DNA of 63,693 nt, filler included, from Lama guanicoe (GCA_013239625.1; 190 parts of 190 records of this genome joined end to end with filler, not necessarily neighbours in it); one strand, 5' to 3'; counted from the whole stretch's first letter, positions 1 through 11,804 are shown. Program-made: numbers and translations. The notes: generated from the letters alone by a model not told the origin.

Positions 1-235
1 TGATGTTGGAATAATTCTCAGAGAGCAGTTGGTGGAGAGGCGTGGGAAGAGATGAGCAAACGTGAATCTTTGTGACTCTCGGGTAGAGGAGAGGTGAGGA
101 GCTTGTAGGACTCCCTTTGGCCACATGGTAGGAGTGGGGCCGTGTCATTCAAGCAAGGGGACTGAGCCTGACAGTAAAGGCGCCTCGTGGGCTAGACGTC
201 TCGGGTGAGGGTGCCCCTGCAGACTTCCTAATAGA

Positions 236-335
236 NNNNNNNNNNNNNNNNNNNNNNNNNNNNNNNNNNNNNNNNNNNNTTAATTAATTAANNNNNNNNN
301 NNNNNNNNNNNNNNNNNNNNNNNNNNNNNNNNNNN
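236..335. other. Artificial 100-bp contig-joining spacer N44-TTAATTAATTAA-N44 (first of about 189 copies, period 335-336 bp, last at 63358-63457)
   Basis: The identical spacer recurs after every 234-236 bp contig. The 12-mer is its own reverse complement and has TAA in all three frames on each strand. Confidence 0.99.
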
Positions 336-379
336 TTTTTTTTTTTTGGAGTGGTAAAACTCCAGTCCCACGGTCCCAG

Positions 380-570
380 CCCTGCGGTCACTGGTCAACT
401 TTCTGTCTCTACAGCTTTGCCGATTCTAAGCATTTCATATAAATGGAATCCTACAATGTGTGATCCTTTCTGACTGGCTTCTTTCACTTAGCATCATGTC
501 TTCAAGGTTCATCCACGTTGCAGCATATATCGGTATTTTGTTTCTTTTTATTGCCAAATAATATATTATT
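380..570 (-). mobile_element. LINE-1 3' region fragment (old L1M type)
   Basis: aatggaatc...tgactggcttctttcacttagcatcatgtcttcaaggttcatccacgttgcagcat is typical antisense L1MB-like 3' sequence. Confidence 0.8.
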
Positions 571-1005
571 NNNNNNNNNNNNNNNNNNNNNNNNNNNNNN
601 NNNNNNNNNNNNNNTTAATTAATTAANNNNNNNNNNNNNNNNNNNNNNNNNNNNNNNNNNNNNNNNNNNNAGTGGTAGTGGTTTGGAAGAGGTTGGTTTG
701 GCCGTGTGGCATCTTCCTAGGTTTGCAGGCCTCTGTGAGTGAGCGAGGAAGCCTGATATCTGGGTACATGTCAAGGTGACCTCAGCTGGGCTGAGAGGGT
801 GGGGCATTGGTGAAGGTTATAACAGACTTTTTAGGGGTACCCTGCCTACACTTGTACAACATTGTCTGTTCATCCCCAGCACAGATTAGAGAACAACACA
901 GTTCCNNNNNNNNNNNNNNNNNNNNNNNNNNNNNNNNNNNNNNNNNNNNTTAATTAATTAANNNNNNNNNNNNNNNNNNNNNNNNNNNNNNNNNNNNNNN
1001 NNNNN

Positions 1006-1080
1006 ATTATTATAAGAAATTGAATATAGTTCCCTGTGCTATACAGTAGGTCCTGGTTGCTTATTTTATATATAGAAATG
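1006..1080 (-). mobile_element. L1 3' UTR fragment (artiodactyl type)
   Basis: ttgaatatagttccctgtgctatacagtaggtcc motif, also seen at 3686-3920, 17835-18004, 20121-20354, 22471-22706 and 32214-32448. Confidence 0.8.
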
Positions 1081-1675
1081 TGATTCTTTGACTGGTGACA
1101 ATGAAGGGCTGTGGAAGGACTTCCGTCTCAGTGACTCAGGCATGAGAACAAGGTCTCCAAGGACCACCCCTTGATTTGACTGAAGAGTGTGCTGACTGTG
1201 CTAATTTCCAAAGGAGCGTATTGAACTCCTGGAAGTGGATNNNNNNNNNNNNNNNNNNNNNNNNNNNNNNNNNNNNNNNNNNNNTTAATTAATTAANNNN
1301 NNNNNNNNNNNNNNNNNNNNNNNNNNNNNNNNNNNNNNNNCCCCAAGGCCTCCCTGCCCCGCCCCCCCGCCCTCTTCTTCCCCTCCCCTCAGTGCATCCC
1401 AGGTTGTGTCCACACTCATGGCCTGGAAACCCCTGCGTCCTGCTTTCTCCCCTCTCCTTCTCCATGTGGTCCTGGGCCTCCTATACAGATTGGGCCAGGG
1501 CACTGTCTTTGGGGATTTCTATTCTTCTTTGTTTGGGGGTGTCCTCCCATGTTCCCATGAAGGAGAAGGGGGGGGNNNNNNNNNNNNNNNNNNNNNNNNN
1601 NNNNNNNNNNNNNNNNNNNTTAATTAATTAANNNNNNNNNNNNNNNNNNNNNNNNNNNNNNNNNNNNNNNNNNNN

Positions 1676-1910
1676 AAATTTTGAGTTCTGAAATCCATGT
1701 TCTAAATTTTGGGATATGTGTTCTTTATTCTTTATTCTGTATTCTGTGTTTTGCATTCCACTGCCTTTCATGTTCTAAATTCTGGGTTCTGTATTCTGCA
1801 TTCTATATTCCCTATTTTGTGTTGTGAATTCCATGTTCTTAATTCTGGGTTCCGTATTCTATATTCAATATTCTTTGTTCTACATTCCATATTCTGCATT
1901 CTATTTCTGT
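1676..1910. repeat. Degenerate 7-bp-periodic satellite (consensus roughly TATTCTR/TGTTCTR)
   Basis: Continuous heptamer units such as tattctg, cattcta, tgttcta, aattctg. The same family occurs at 28183-28417 and 54722-54957. Confidence 0.85.
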
Positions 1911-2091
1911 NNNNNNNNNNNNNNNNNNNNNNNNNNNNNNNNNNNNNNNNNNNNTTAATTAATTAANNNNNNNNNNNNNNNNNNNNNNNNNNNNNNNNNN
2001 NNNNNNNNNNGAGCAAGAACTAACAGAAACCACAAAATCAAAAACAGATCCACTATGACATCAGGCCTTGGAATTATCAGTCATTATGTGG

Positions 2092-2245
2092 CAACATAAC
2101 CTTATTACCAAAACCCAAGCAGAGAAGTATGTAAAAGATAAAATCAAGGCCAATATTCCTTAAAAACACGAGGCAAAAATTCCAAACAAAATATTAGCAA
2201 ACAGAATCTAATAATGCATAAAAACACATACTCTAGCAGGACCAC
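2092..2245 (+). mobile_element. Degenerate L1 ORF2 reverse-transcriptase fragment
   Basis: Conceptual translation resembles ITLIPKP...RPISL.N.DAKI.NKILANRI; stops are present. Confidence 0.8.
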
Positions 2246-2789
2246 NNNNNNNNNNNNNNNNNNNNNNNNNNNNNNNNNNNNNNNNNNNNTTAATTAATTA
2301 ANNNNNNNNNNNNNNNNNNNNNNNNNNNNNNNNNNNNNNNNNNNNCAGTGTATATTCTTACGTTTTTTAAAAGACGTTGTGAGTTTTATAACCTATGTTT
2401 CAACCTTCAATATTATGTCATGACCATTACCCCATGCCATTAAATTTTACTTGAAAACATTTTTAATCATATGACTACATGGTTATACCAGCCTCGGAGT
2501 GTTTCATAATTTATTGACCGACCCCTTGGCCGTTTGAGTTGTTTCCAGATGTTCTGGAGGAGCATGAGCAGCACAAGTGANNNNNNNNNNNNNNNNNNNN
2601 NNNNNNNNNNNNNNNNNNNNNNNNTTAATTAATTAANNNNNNNNNNNNNNNNNNNNNNNNNNNNNNNNNNNNNNNNNNNNACCCCTCCAGCCACGACCTC
2701 AGATACTGGTGAAGGAGAAGACAGGAGGCATGACTGTTTGCTGCTGATCACCTTCCAGTGCTGCATTTCCCAAGATTTTCACCACAATC

Positions 2790-2895
2790 ACATGAAGTAG
2801 CAGGGAGTAAGGGGGGAGGGGAAGGTTGGTTATTCCCAATTAATAGACGAGGAAAAATGAGGCACAAGGTTTTGCCCAAGATCATGCAGCTGAGA
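2790..2895 (-). mobile_element. MIR SINE fragment
   Basis: attcccaattaatagacgaggaaaaatgaggcacaaggttttgcccaagatcatgcagctg resembles the antisense MIR core. Confidence 0.7.
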
Positions 2896-3350
2896 GAGCA
2901 ACAGACCATGGACCANNNNNNNNNNNNNNNNNNNNNNNNNNNNNNNNNNNNNNNNNNNNTTAATTAATTAANNNNNNNNNNNNNNNNNNNNNNNNNNNNN
3001 NNNNNNNNNNNNNNNTTTTTAAACTATAGTTTTATTATTTAAAAGATTTTTGAAAAGAATCAGGCAGATATGAAGCGAGTTATTCAAGGCTGTATAGTGA
3101 CCTAGTGAATGATTTGGAAAACATGGAAGGATGTCCTCCAGGGTCTAGATAATGCAGAATTTTCCACTGAAGCACAGATTTCTATTCATTCTCTTGGCTT
3201 TTGTTCAAAACTATTCTCAATGAAATATTTATTATTGATTACAAAATAAANNNNNNNNNNNNNNNNNNNNNNNNNNNNNNNNNNNNNNNNNNNNTTAATT
3301 AATTAANNNNNNNNNNNNNNNNNNNNNNNNNNNNNNNNNNNNNNNNNNNN

Positions 3351-3585
3351 AAGTTTGTTTTCTATGTCTGTGAATCTGTCTCTGTTTTGTAAATAAGTTG
3401 TGTCCTTTTTTTAGGTTCTACATATAAGTGATTTTAGTATTTTTCTCTTTCTGGCTTACTTCACTTAGTATGACAACCTCCAGGTCCATTCATGTTGCTG
3501 CAAATGACATGACTTTATTCATTTTTATGGCTGGATAGTATTCCATTGTATAAATATACCACAACTTTATCCAGTCATCTGTTAA
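3351..3585 (-). mobile_element. L1 3' region fragment
   Basis: ctggcttacttcacttagtatgacaacctccaggtccattcatgttgctgcaaatg is typical antisense L1 sequence. Confidence 0.9.
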
Positions 3586-3685
3586 NNNNNNNNNNNNNNN
3601 NNNNNNNNNNNNNNNNNNNNNNNNNNNNNTTAATTAATTAANNNNNNNNNNNNNNNNNNNNNNNNNNNNNNNNNNNNNNNNNNNN

Positions 3686-3920
3686 AGGTGTATATATATG
3701 TTATTTTTCATATTCTTTTCCATTATGGTTTATTACAGGATATTGCATATAATTCCCTGTGCTCTACATGAGGACCTTATTGTTTATCTATTTTGTATAG
3801 CATACTGTGTATCTGTTAATCCTAAACTCCTATTTTATCCTTCCCCCTGTTTTCCCCTTTGGTAACCATTCATTTGTTTTCTATGTCTGTGAGTCTATTT
3901 CTGTTTTGTAAATAAGTTTG
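3686..3920 (-). mobile_element. L1 3' UTR fragment (artiodactyl type)
   Basis: ttccctgtgct...ttcccctttggtaaccat...tttgttttctatgtctgtgagtct. Confidence 0.88.
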
Positions 3921-4360
3921 NNNNNNNNNNNNNNNNNNNNNNNNNNNNNNNNNNNNNNNNNNNNTTAATTAATTAANNNNNNNNNNNNNNNNNNNNNNNN
4001 NNNNNNNNNNNNNNNNNNNNCTCTGTCTCCCTGAGACTCTCCCTCAACTCCCCAAACCAGGTCCTTGCTCAAGAGGTTCCACCACACGGAGCCAGGCCAC
4101 GCCTCTCTCCAGCCACGCCCACTGCCTAAGTCCTGGGCGTTCCCCCACGGACCCCGCCCCCTCGTGCACTGTACGTTCCGCCCACTGCGCCAGGGTCCTT
4201 CAGGCTTTCGTGTGCCCCAGAAGGGGCAGAGTCTCTTTATCTTCCCATCACAGTGNNNNNNNNNNNNNNNNNNNNNNNNNNNNNNNNNNNNNNNNNNNNT
4301 TAATTAATTAANNNNNNNNNNNNNNNNNNNNNNNNNNNNNNNNNNNNNNNNNNNNTTTTT

Positions 4361-4523
4361 TGGAGACATTTTTGACTGTCAGACTGGGGGCGAGGTGCAC
4401 TGGGGATCCAGTGAGTCGAGGCCAGGGATGCTGCTTAAACACCTTCAACACCCAGGACAGCCCCCACCACAGAGAACTATTGGGCCCCAAAACGTCAGCA
4501 GTGCAAGGTTGGGAACCTCTGCT
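4361..4523 (+). mobile_element. MER20 (hAT-Charlie DNA transposon relic)
   Basis: tggagacatttttgactgtca...gaggccagggatgctgc...caggacagccccca...ggccccaaaacgtcagcagtgcaaggttgggaacctctgct follows the recalled MER20 consensus. Confidence 0.85.
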
Positions 4524-5399
4524 CCACTCCTTTTTCCTTCCGTTTTCCTGCAGGTTCTCAGTCTTGAGCCAGCAAGCCTGAGAGTTGAAGNNNNNNNNNN
4601 NNNNNNNNNNNNNNNNNNNNNNNNNNNNNNNNNNTTAATTAATTAANNNNNNNNNNNNNNNNNNNNNNNNNNNNNNNNNNNNNNNNNNNNAGGGAAGGAT
4701 GTCCATGGACAAGACTTGTTTTGAATGAATTGAAAAATGAGGGCTAAGCTTGTGTTGTGTATGACGATCTTGTAAGTAATTTTCCCAATGGAGGACTGAG
4801 ATGCTGCTCTTTTCACCCCATTTCTTCCCCACACCTGACATTGCTTTTTTGTCTACAGATAGATGACCTCCACTCACAGCCCATGGCTTTACACTCCTCC
4901 CTTGCAGAGTTGAGATGTGATGTAANNNNNNNNNNNNNNNNNNNNNNNNNNNNNNNNNNNNNNNNNNNNTTAATTAATTAANNNNNNNNNNNNNNNNNNN
5001 NNNNNNNNNNNNNNNNNNNNNNNNNCTTCTAGCTCCCACTGTATTTTTTCCCAGAGAGGCGAACGTGGTGGATTCTAGAGAAAGAAAATGTTTTAACGTA
5101 ACCTATAGTTAACTTACTTAGAGTCCTCTCCCACTCTCCCAAATGACTATTGCTGCAGGCTTATCATTTTTGCACAATAATATGACTTTCTTCAGTAGCT
5201 CTTAATGGCCCCGGTGTAAGCGGATGGTTGAGTTGACCCAAGATTTGGATTTTGCAGAAGNNNNNNNNNNNNNNNNNNNNNNNNNNNNNNNNNNNNNNNN
5301 NNNNTTAATTAATTAANNNNNNNNNNNNNNNNNNNNNNNNNNNNNNNNNNNNNNNNNNNNACAATTTCTAAATAATAATCATCAGAAAAGCATTAAATT

Positions 5400-5540
5400 T
5401 GTCCCTGTGAAAGGACATTCTGCAAAATATCTGACCAGTGCACTACTCAAAACCGACAAGGTCACCAAAAACAAGTCAAGTTCAAGAAACTGTCAAAGCC
5501 TAGAGGAGCCTAAAGAGACAAGACTACTTAATGTTATTGT
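5400..5540 (+). mobile_element. Old L1 (L1MC/L1MD-like) 3' UTR fragment
   Basis: ggacattctgcaaaatatctgaccagt...aaggtcaccaaaaacaag...agaggagcctaaagagaca. Confidence 0.65.
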
Positions 5541-5698
5541 CTCATGGTTTCATATACCTACAGACAAAAATTCAGTTTGTTAGAGGTCCCTGAAGNNNNN
5601 NNNNNNNNNNNNNNNNNNNNNNNNNNNNNNNNNNNNNNNTTAATTAATTAANNNNNNNNNNNNNNNNNNNNNNNNNNNNNNNNNNNNNNNNNNNNTAG

Positions 5699-5911
5699 CT
5701 CTCTCCCCATGGTGACACAGCCTGTGACTCAGAAGATCCCAGATGTGGAAGAAGCACCCACCATCCTGGTGACCTAGTTGGTGACACCAGTGATACCAGT
5801 AGCAGCAAGGCATCAATGACCCTGGAGGCACAAGAAGTGGTAACAAGGGCACCGGTGTACACATCTGATTTAGGAAATGGAGAGTGGAAAATGCCAACTG
5901 AAACAGCTCAG
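5699..5911 (+). CDS. Candidate internal coding exon (213 nt, phase 0-0), unassigned gene
   Basis: tag| at the contig start and CAG|gtaaga donor. 71 uninterrupted codons: LSPHGDTACDSEDPRC...GEWKMPTETAQ. The polypyrimidine tract lies outside the contig. Confidence 0.35.
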
Positions 5912-6186
5912 GTAAGAGAAACCAAATAATNNNNNNNNNNNNNNNNNNNNNNNNNNNNNNNNNNNNNNNNNNNNTTAATTAATTAANNNNNNNNNNNNNN
6001 NNNNNNNNNNNNNNNNNNNNNNNNNNNNNNTGTTCCCACAAGGAGTCCCTACAGACTGCGGATGGAGGGTACAGAAGTGATAAGGAGACAGAACACCAAC
6101 CCCTCCCTGGTGTGGGGGCCCCTGATGGAGAAGAGGGCAGAGTCGGGGCTCGGAAGGGGAGGCCACAGGAACTCAGAGCCACTCAC

Positions 6187-6213
6187 CTGCATACAGCTGG
6201 GCCTTCCTCCAGG
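6187..6213 (-). CDS. 27-nt micro-exon of a butyrophilin/butyrophilin-like gene (heptad exon preceding the B30.2 domain)
   Basis: Minus strand reads gttccctttcag|CCTGGAGGAAGGCCCAGCTGTATGCAG|gtgagt, phase 1-1, encoding (A)WRKAQLYA. BTN/BTNL genes have 21-27 nt WRK-type exons at this position. Confidence 0.7.
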
Positions 6214-6365
6214 CTGAAAGGGAACACACCCTGGTGAGACCTCAGCTAGAACCAGCCCACTCAGCNNNNNNNNNNNNNNNNNNNNNNNNNNNNNNNNNNN
6301 NNNNNNNNNTTAATTAATTAANNNNNNNNNNNNNNNNNNNNNNNNNNNNNNNNNNNNNNNNNNNN

Positions 6366-6600
6366 GGAAGCATAAAAGACCCTGAATAGCCAAATCAGTA
6401 TTGAGAAATAATAGAGTTGGAGGAGTCATTCTCCCTGACTTCAGACTACACCACAAAGCTACAGTAATGAAAACAGTATGGTACTGGCACAAAAAGAGAC
6501 ATGCATCAATGGAAGAGAATAGAGAGCCCAGAAATAAACCCACACACTTACGGTCAATTAATCTACATCAAGGGAGGCAAGAATATGCATTGGGGAAGAT
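6366..6600 (+). mobile_element. L1 ORF2 fragment
   Basis: [25 protein letters not shown] matches L1 ORF2p GGITLPDF...KATVIKT.WYW; disrupted. Confidence 0.95.
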
Positions 6601-8414
6601 NNNNNNNNNNNNNNNNNNNNNNNNNNNNNNNNNNNNNNNNNNNNTTAATTAATTAANNNNNNNNNNNNNNNNNNNNNNNNNNNNNNNNNNNNNNNNNNNN
6701 CTACATTTGATTCTTGCCTCTGTGTCAGTGGACAGCGAGGGGTGGGCCCGCCGCTCTGAGCCTCGGTTCCTCCAAGTTATAAGTTGGGGTGAGCTCCTGC
6801 AGCAACGAGAGCTCATCCCAGGTGCTCCGTCAAGCTCTCTGCACCAGCGGCCTACCCTCCCTCCTTTGTCCTGTCTGCGCATCCCGGCCCCTGCATCCTT
6901 GTCACCGCGGCTGATCCAGGGTGTCTGGATCTACTNNNNNNNNNNNNNNNNNNNNNNNNNNNNNNNNNNNNNNNNNNNNTTAATTAATTAANNNNNNNNN
7001 NNNNNNNNNNNNNNNNNNNNNNNNNNNNNNNNNNNCCAAAAAGAACAAACAAACAAACAAAAAACCAGTATTCATCAAGGGTGACTGACGCCATTGGACA
7101 TTGATTTAGAGCTGAGTCCCCTTGAAGGCCACGCCACTCGCCCTTTCCCCACAGGACGAAACACAGGACTCAAAACCCACTTGTTCCTGGGTGGGTTACA
7201 TGTGCCCCGAATAGCCTACAGCGTACATGTTAAAATAAACCCTCTGTTTTCCTAATTTATAACATAATAANNNNNNNNNNNNNNNNNNNNNNNNNNNNNN
7301 NNNNNNNNNNNNNNTTAATTAATTAANNNNNNNNNNNNNNNNNNNNNNNNNNNNNNNNNNNNNNNNNNNNGGGGTGACCACCAGAGGGAGCTAGTGTGAT
7401 GAGAGCAGAGGGAGCTGACCGGGAGGCAGTGGTGAGAGGGGGCCCGGTGCTGAGAAGTCCAGCTGGGGTCTCCGGGCCACATTAGGGGACATTTTGGCTC
7501 ACTGCTGGTCAGGCAGGGAGGACTTCCAGGCTTGCTGGGGCTTGGCCCTAAGGTACCCATGGCTGAATTCCAGATTAAGAATATCTAACTACATATGGCC
7601 TGAAANNNNNNNNNNNNNNNNNNNNNNNNNNNNNNNNNNNNNNNNNNNNTTAATTAATTAANNNNNNNNNNNNNNNNNNNNNNNNNNNNNNNNNNNNNNN
7701 NNNNNTGGGAGTGCAGTTTGGTGCAGCCACTATGGAAAACAGTATGGAGATTCCACTGCATTTAACATAATGTCCAATCTCTCTCAGGTGGCTTTTCATG
7801 ATCTAGTCCCCATTACCTTTCAAGGCTATTCTGAATCTTCTCCTTGTCCCATACACCCTCATCCCCTCCTTGCATCTCCTTCTTTGTTACAGACATTATA
7901 AACATTTTTTCCTCTTTTACAAAGCAATATAATATAGAAANNNNNNNNNNNNNNNNNNNNNNNNNNNNNNNNNNNNNNNNNNNNTTAATTAATTAANNNN
8001 NNNNNNNNNNNNNNNNNNNNNNNNNNNNNNNNNNNNNNNNCACGTATGGACAGAAATGAAAAAGAACCCAGACAATTAAACCCAGACAACGTCAGACTTT
8101 CACCTCCCTCAATACTTTCAGTCTCGTCTTTCATCAGACTTGTCACCGGGGACATAAACAAGCTGTGACACAGTTTACTGGTTCTTCCTTTCATCTCTGG
8201 TGGAGCCGCCAAGCACCTGGGTGCCTGATACGGGGTGGCAGCTGAGAAGCAAACTGGAAAATTCGGGGTGTGGGGNNNNNNNNNNNNNNNNNNNNNNNNN
8301 NNNNNNNNNNNNNNNNNNNTTAATTAATTAANNNNNNNNNNNNNNNNNNNNNNNNNNNNNNNNNNNNNNNNNNNNTGAAGGCACCAACTAAGTTAGATTT
8401 TAAGATAGATAATG

Positions 8415-8571
8415 GATTTTTTTTAGTGTAAGTATTAAGTATTTTTTTAGTGTAAGTATTAAGTATTAAGTATCATGGGGATACTTCTACTAAAACATTG
8501 TCCACTCTGTATCTGATTTTCAATTTTAACTGTGTGTTCCGTGTTTTTATTTCCTAAATACAGCAACCCTA
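8415..8571. mobile_element. MER53-like hAT MITE with a short internal tandem duplication
   Basis: ttttttagtgtaagtatt occurs twice, followed by ttttaactgtgtgttccgtgtttttatttcctaaatacagcaacccta. Confidence 0.7.
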
Positions 8572-10050
8572 TGTCAGAGAAAAATCCTCTTTACATCTTC
8601 AATTTTATACNNNNNNNNNNNNNNNNNNNNNNNNNNNNNNNNNNNNNNNNNNNNTTAATTAATTAANNNNNNNNNNNNNNNNNNNNNNNNNNNNNNNNNN
8701 NNNNNNNNNNGCATTTGTTGGTGAAGTGTCGACCTCACTGCCATTTTATTTGGTATGATTTATCTGCTCCAACATAAAAACTAATCTGATTTTTATATCT
8801 TTCATTTCTAAGCATGATTCTTAGAAATACGTTTATACGAATAAATCAACCAAACAGAACCTTGTAATTCATTTAATGAGAGACGGCAGAATGTCTTTCT
8901 GAACGTCCTCCTGAATTCTCGTGTCCTGAGACACGAGTGCCGTGGNNNNNNNNNNNNNNNNNNNNNNNNNNNNNNNNNNNNNNNNNNNNTTAATTAATTA
9001 ANNNNNNNNNNNNNNNNNNNNNNNNNNNNNNNNNNNNNNNNNNNNGATAGCAAAAAACATTTTAAAATATTGATAATTGACTTTATGTTTCTTAAAATTA
9101 TATCAACCACTTTAAAAACTATGTAACAAGTTGGATGAAATCATTTTAATATGTTATTTATACAGGAAATTGAGATTAAAAAACTGAAATCTAAATCCTA
9201 TAAATTTATTTCTATCTAGACTTATGGATATTTTTATATATATAAAAATAATAAGGAACTTAATGTCACTGGAAGGGCTANNNNNNNNNNNNNNNNNNNN
9301 NNNNNNNNNNNNNNNNNNNNNNNNTTAATTAATTAANNNNNNNNNNNNNNNNNNNNNNNNNNNNNNNNNNNNNNNNNNNNGTGCTTAAGGCAGTGTCTAG
9401 AACACACACTGGTACTTTCCTGTTTGTGCAAGAATGACTATTGGCTGCAGTAGAGGTAAAATTGACAGCTCCATCCTGAGCCCCCACTTTAGTCCATATG
9501 CTTCAGTCGGACTGACCAACAACACTTCCTTGCACTCCCTTGTTGGTCTGGTGCCTCCTACTGAGATGTAAGGTCCTGAGGACCTGTGTCCCCAGCACTT
9601 AGAAAGATGCCCTGCNNNNNNNNNNNNNNNNNNNNNNNNNNNNNNNNNNNNNNNNNNNNTTAATTAATTAANNNNNNNNNNNNNNNNNNNNNNNNNNNNN
9701 NNNNNNNNNNNNNNNAGATTGTGGTCGAGAGTGAGTTAACAAAAGTGAACACAGAGGTGGGATAAGCCAATGATGCACAGCATCCACAGAATAGAAGGGC
9801 TTTTCACAGGAGCTTCGAGAAGTTATGAAAGTTGTGGGAGATTTGTGAAGTAGAAAGATATGATCGTGGCTGTATTCAGAAGGACTGGCTGAAACTGAAG
9901 TACCATCTGTGAGGAATCTGTAGTGGAGGAAATGCTTTCAATTTGGGAAGNNNNNNNNNNNNNNNNNNNNNNNNNNNNNNNNNNNNNNNNNNNNTTAATT
10001 AATTAANNNNNNNNNNNNNNNNNNNNNNNNNNNNNNNNNNNNNNNNNNNN

Positions 10051-10285
10051 CCAGGGGTGGGATTGTTGGATCATACAGTAACTTTGTTTTTAGAGGAACT
10101 TCCATACTGCCCTCCATAGTGGCTGCACCAAGCTACATTCCCACCAACGGTGTAGGGGGGTTCCCTTTTCTCTAAATCCTCTCCAGCATTTATTATTTGT
10201 GGACTTTTTAATGTTGGCGATTCTGACCTGTGTGAGGTGGTACCTCATTGTAGTTTTGATTTGCGTTTCTCTGATAATTAGTGAT
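10051..10285 (-). mobile_element. L1 ORF2 C-terminal fragment
   Basis: ctccatagtggctgcaccaa...cattcccaccaac...ctccagcatttattatttgt...tacctcattgtagttttgatttgc. Confidence 0.95.
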
Positions 10286-11055
10286 NNNNNNNNNNNNNNN
10301 NNNNNNNNNNNNNNNNNNNNNNNNNNNNNTTAATTAATTAANNNNNNNNNNNNNNNNNNNNNNNNNNNNNNNNNNNNNNNNNNNNGGCTGCTTGAGTTCA
10401 ATCTACAGGTCAAGCAGGGAATAACTGACGTCTTAATGATGTCCTTCTAGGCAGAAACACGGACTATGCTTCCAGTTATTTAGACCTTCTTTGATTTCTT
10501 TCATCAGCGTTTTCTAGTTTTCCTCATAGAGATTCTACATATATCTTTAAAATTTGTACGCGATATTTAAATGTGGGGGTGTGTGCTAATATAAGGGCAT
10601 TGTATTTTTAAATTTCACTTNNNNNNNNNNNNNNNNNNNNNNNNNNNNNNNNNNNNNNNNNNNNTTAATTAATTAANNNNNNNNNNNNNNNNNNNNNNNN
10701 NNNNNNNNNNNNNNNNNNNNACAGGACCTCCGTTATCAATTTTGCATAGGATGACTTCCAGAGAGAGCATGCCTGAGAAGGTCCAAGCCACAAGGTCTTG
10801 ATTTCTGCAAATTTCAGGGCCTAGTGGTTTTGCAGACATGTTCCCATTACTCAGATGCCATATTAAGTCTTTGTCAAACTGATGAAGATTCAGAATTGAC
10901 CCCTCATGACATTCCCTCATCGATACCACTTTGGTCTAAAGTGAAAGACATCAATNNNNNNNNNNNNNNNNNNNNNNNNNNNNNNNNNNNNNNNNNNNNT
11001 TAATTAATTAANNNNNNNNNNNNNNNNNNNNNNNNNNNNNNNNNNNNNNNNNNNN

Positions 11056-11625
11056 GGTGAGGTAGGACAGAATCCGTGATGAAGCAAGGTGGTGCCTTTC
11101 CCCAATTAACCCTTACCTGGGTCACGCCTGAGCTGGAGTTGGGGAATAACAGGGTAGAATCAAGGGAGAAGCTTTAAACTGTCTACGGAATGAATTTTTT
11201 TATTTGGACTAACCAGGACTATTCCACACCTACAAAAGACACTTCTGTATACCTAAAGAGCTAAGAAATTGGCCTGAGATCTCACTTAGGNNNNNNNNNN
11301 NNNNNNNNNNNNNNNNNNNNNNNNNNNNNNNNNNTTAATTAATTAANNNNNNNNNNNNNNNNNNNNNNNNNNNNNNNNNNNNNNNNNNNNCCTAAGTGAG
11401 ATCTCAGGCCAATTTCTTAGCTCTTTAGGTATACAGAAGAGTCTTTTGTAGGTATGGAATAGTCCTGGTTAATCCAAATAAAAAATTTCATTCCGTAGAC
11501 AGTTTAAAGCTTCTTCCTTGATTCTTCCCTGATATTCCCCAACTCCAGCTCAGGCATCACCGAGGTAAGGGTTAACTGGGGAAAGGCACCACCTTGCTTC
11601 ATCACGGATTCTGTCCTACCTCGCC
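11056..11625. other. Pair of adjacent contigs (11056-11290 and 11391-11625) that are near-identical reverse complements
   Basis: End-to-end alignment by eye gives 12 substitutions in 235 bp, no indels and the same end points. Confidence 0.95.
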
Positions 11626-11804
11626 NNNNNNNNNNNNNNNNNNNNNNNNNNNNNNNNNNNNNNNNNNNNTTAATTAATTAANNNNNNNNNNNNNNNNNNN
11701 NNNNNNNNNNNNNNNNNNNNNNNNNTTGGTGAAAGGCAAAACTGTCTAGTGTCAGATTCCTGGCCCTTCAGATTGTGTGCTGGCAGGGCAGTTTAGAAGT
11801 TCTA

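Noticed and set aside
1709..1966. Hydrophobic 'membrane protein' ORF (also 54764-55009)
   Set aside because: These are translations of the T-rich heptamer satellite.
4840..4925. Acceptor-like site ttttttgtctacag followed by IDDLHSQPMALHSSLAELRCDV
   Set aside because: No recognisable product, and the contig ends before the exon can be delimited.
11056..11625. 570-bp inverted repeat, hairpin or MITE
   Set aside because: The arms are separate contigs joined by the artificial spacer, and their orientation is arbitrary.
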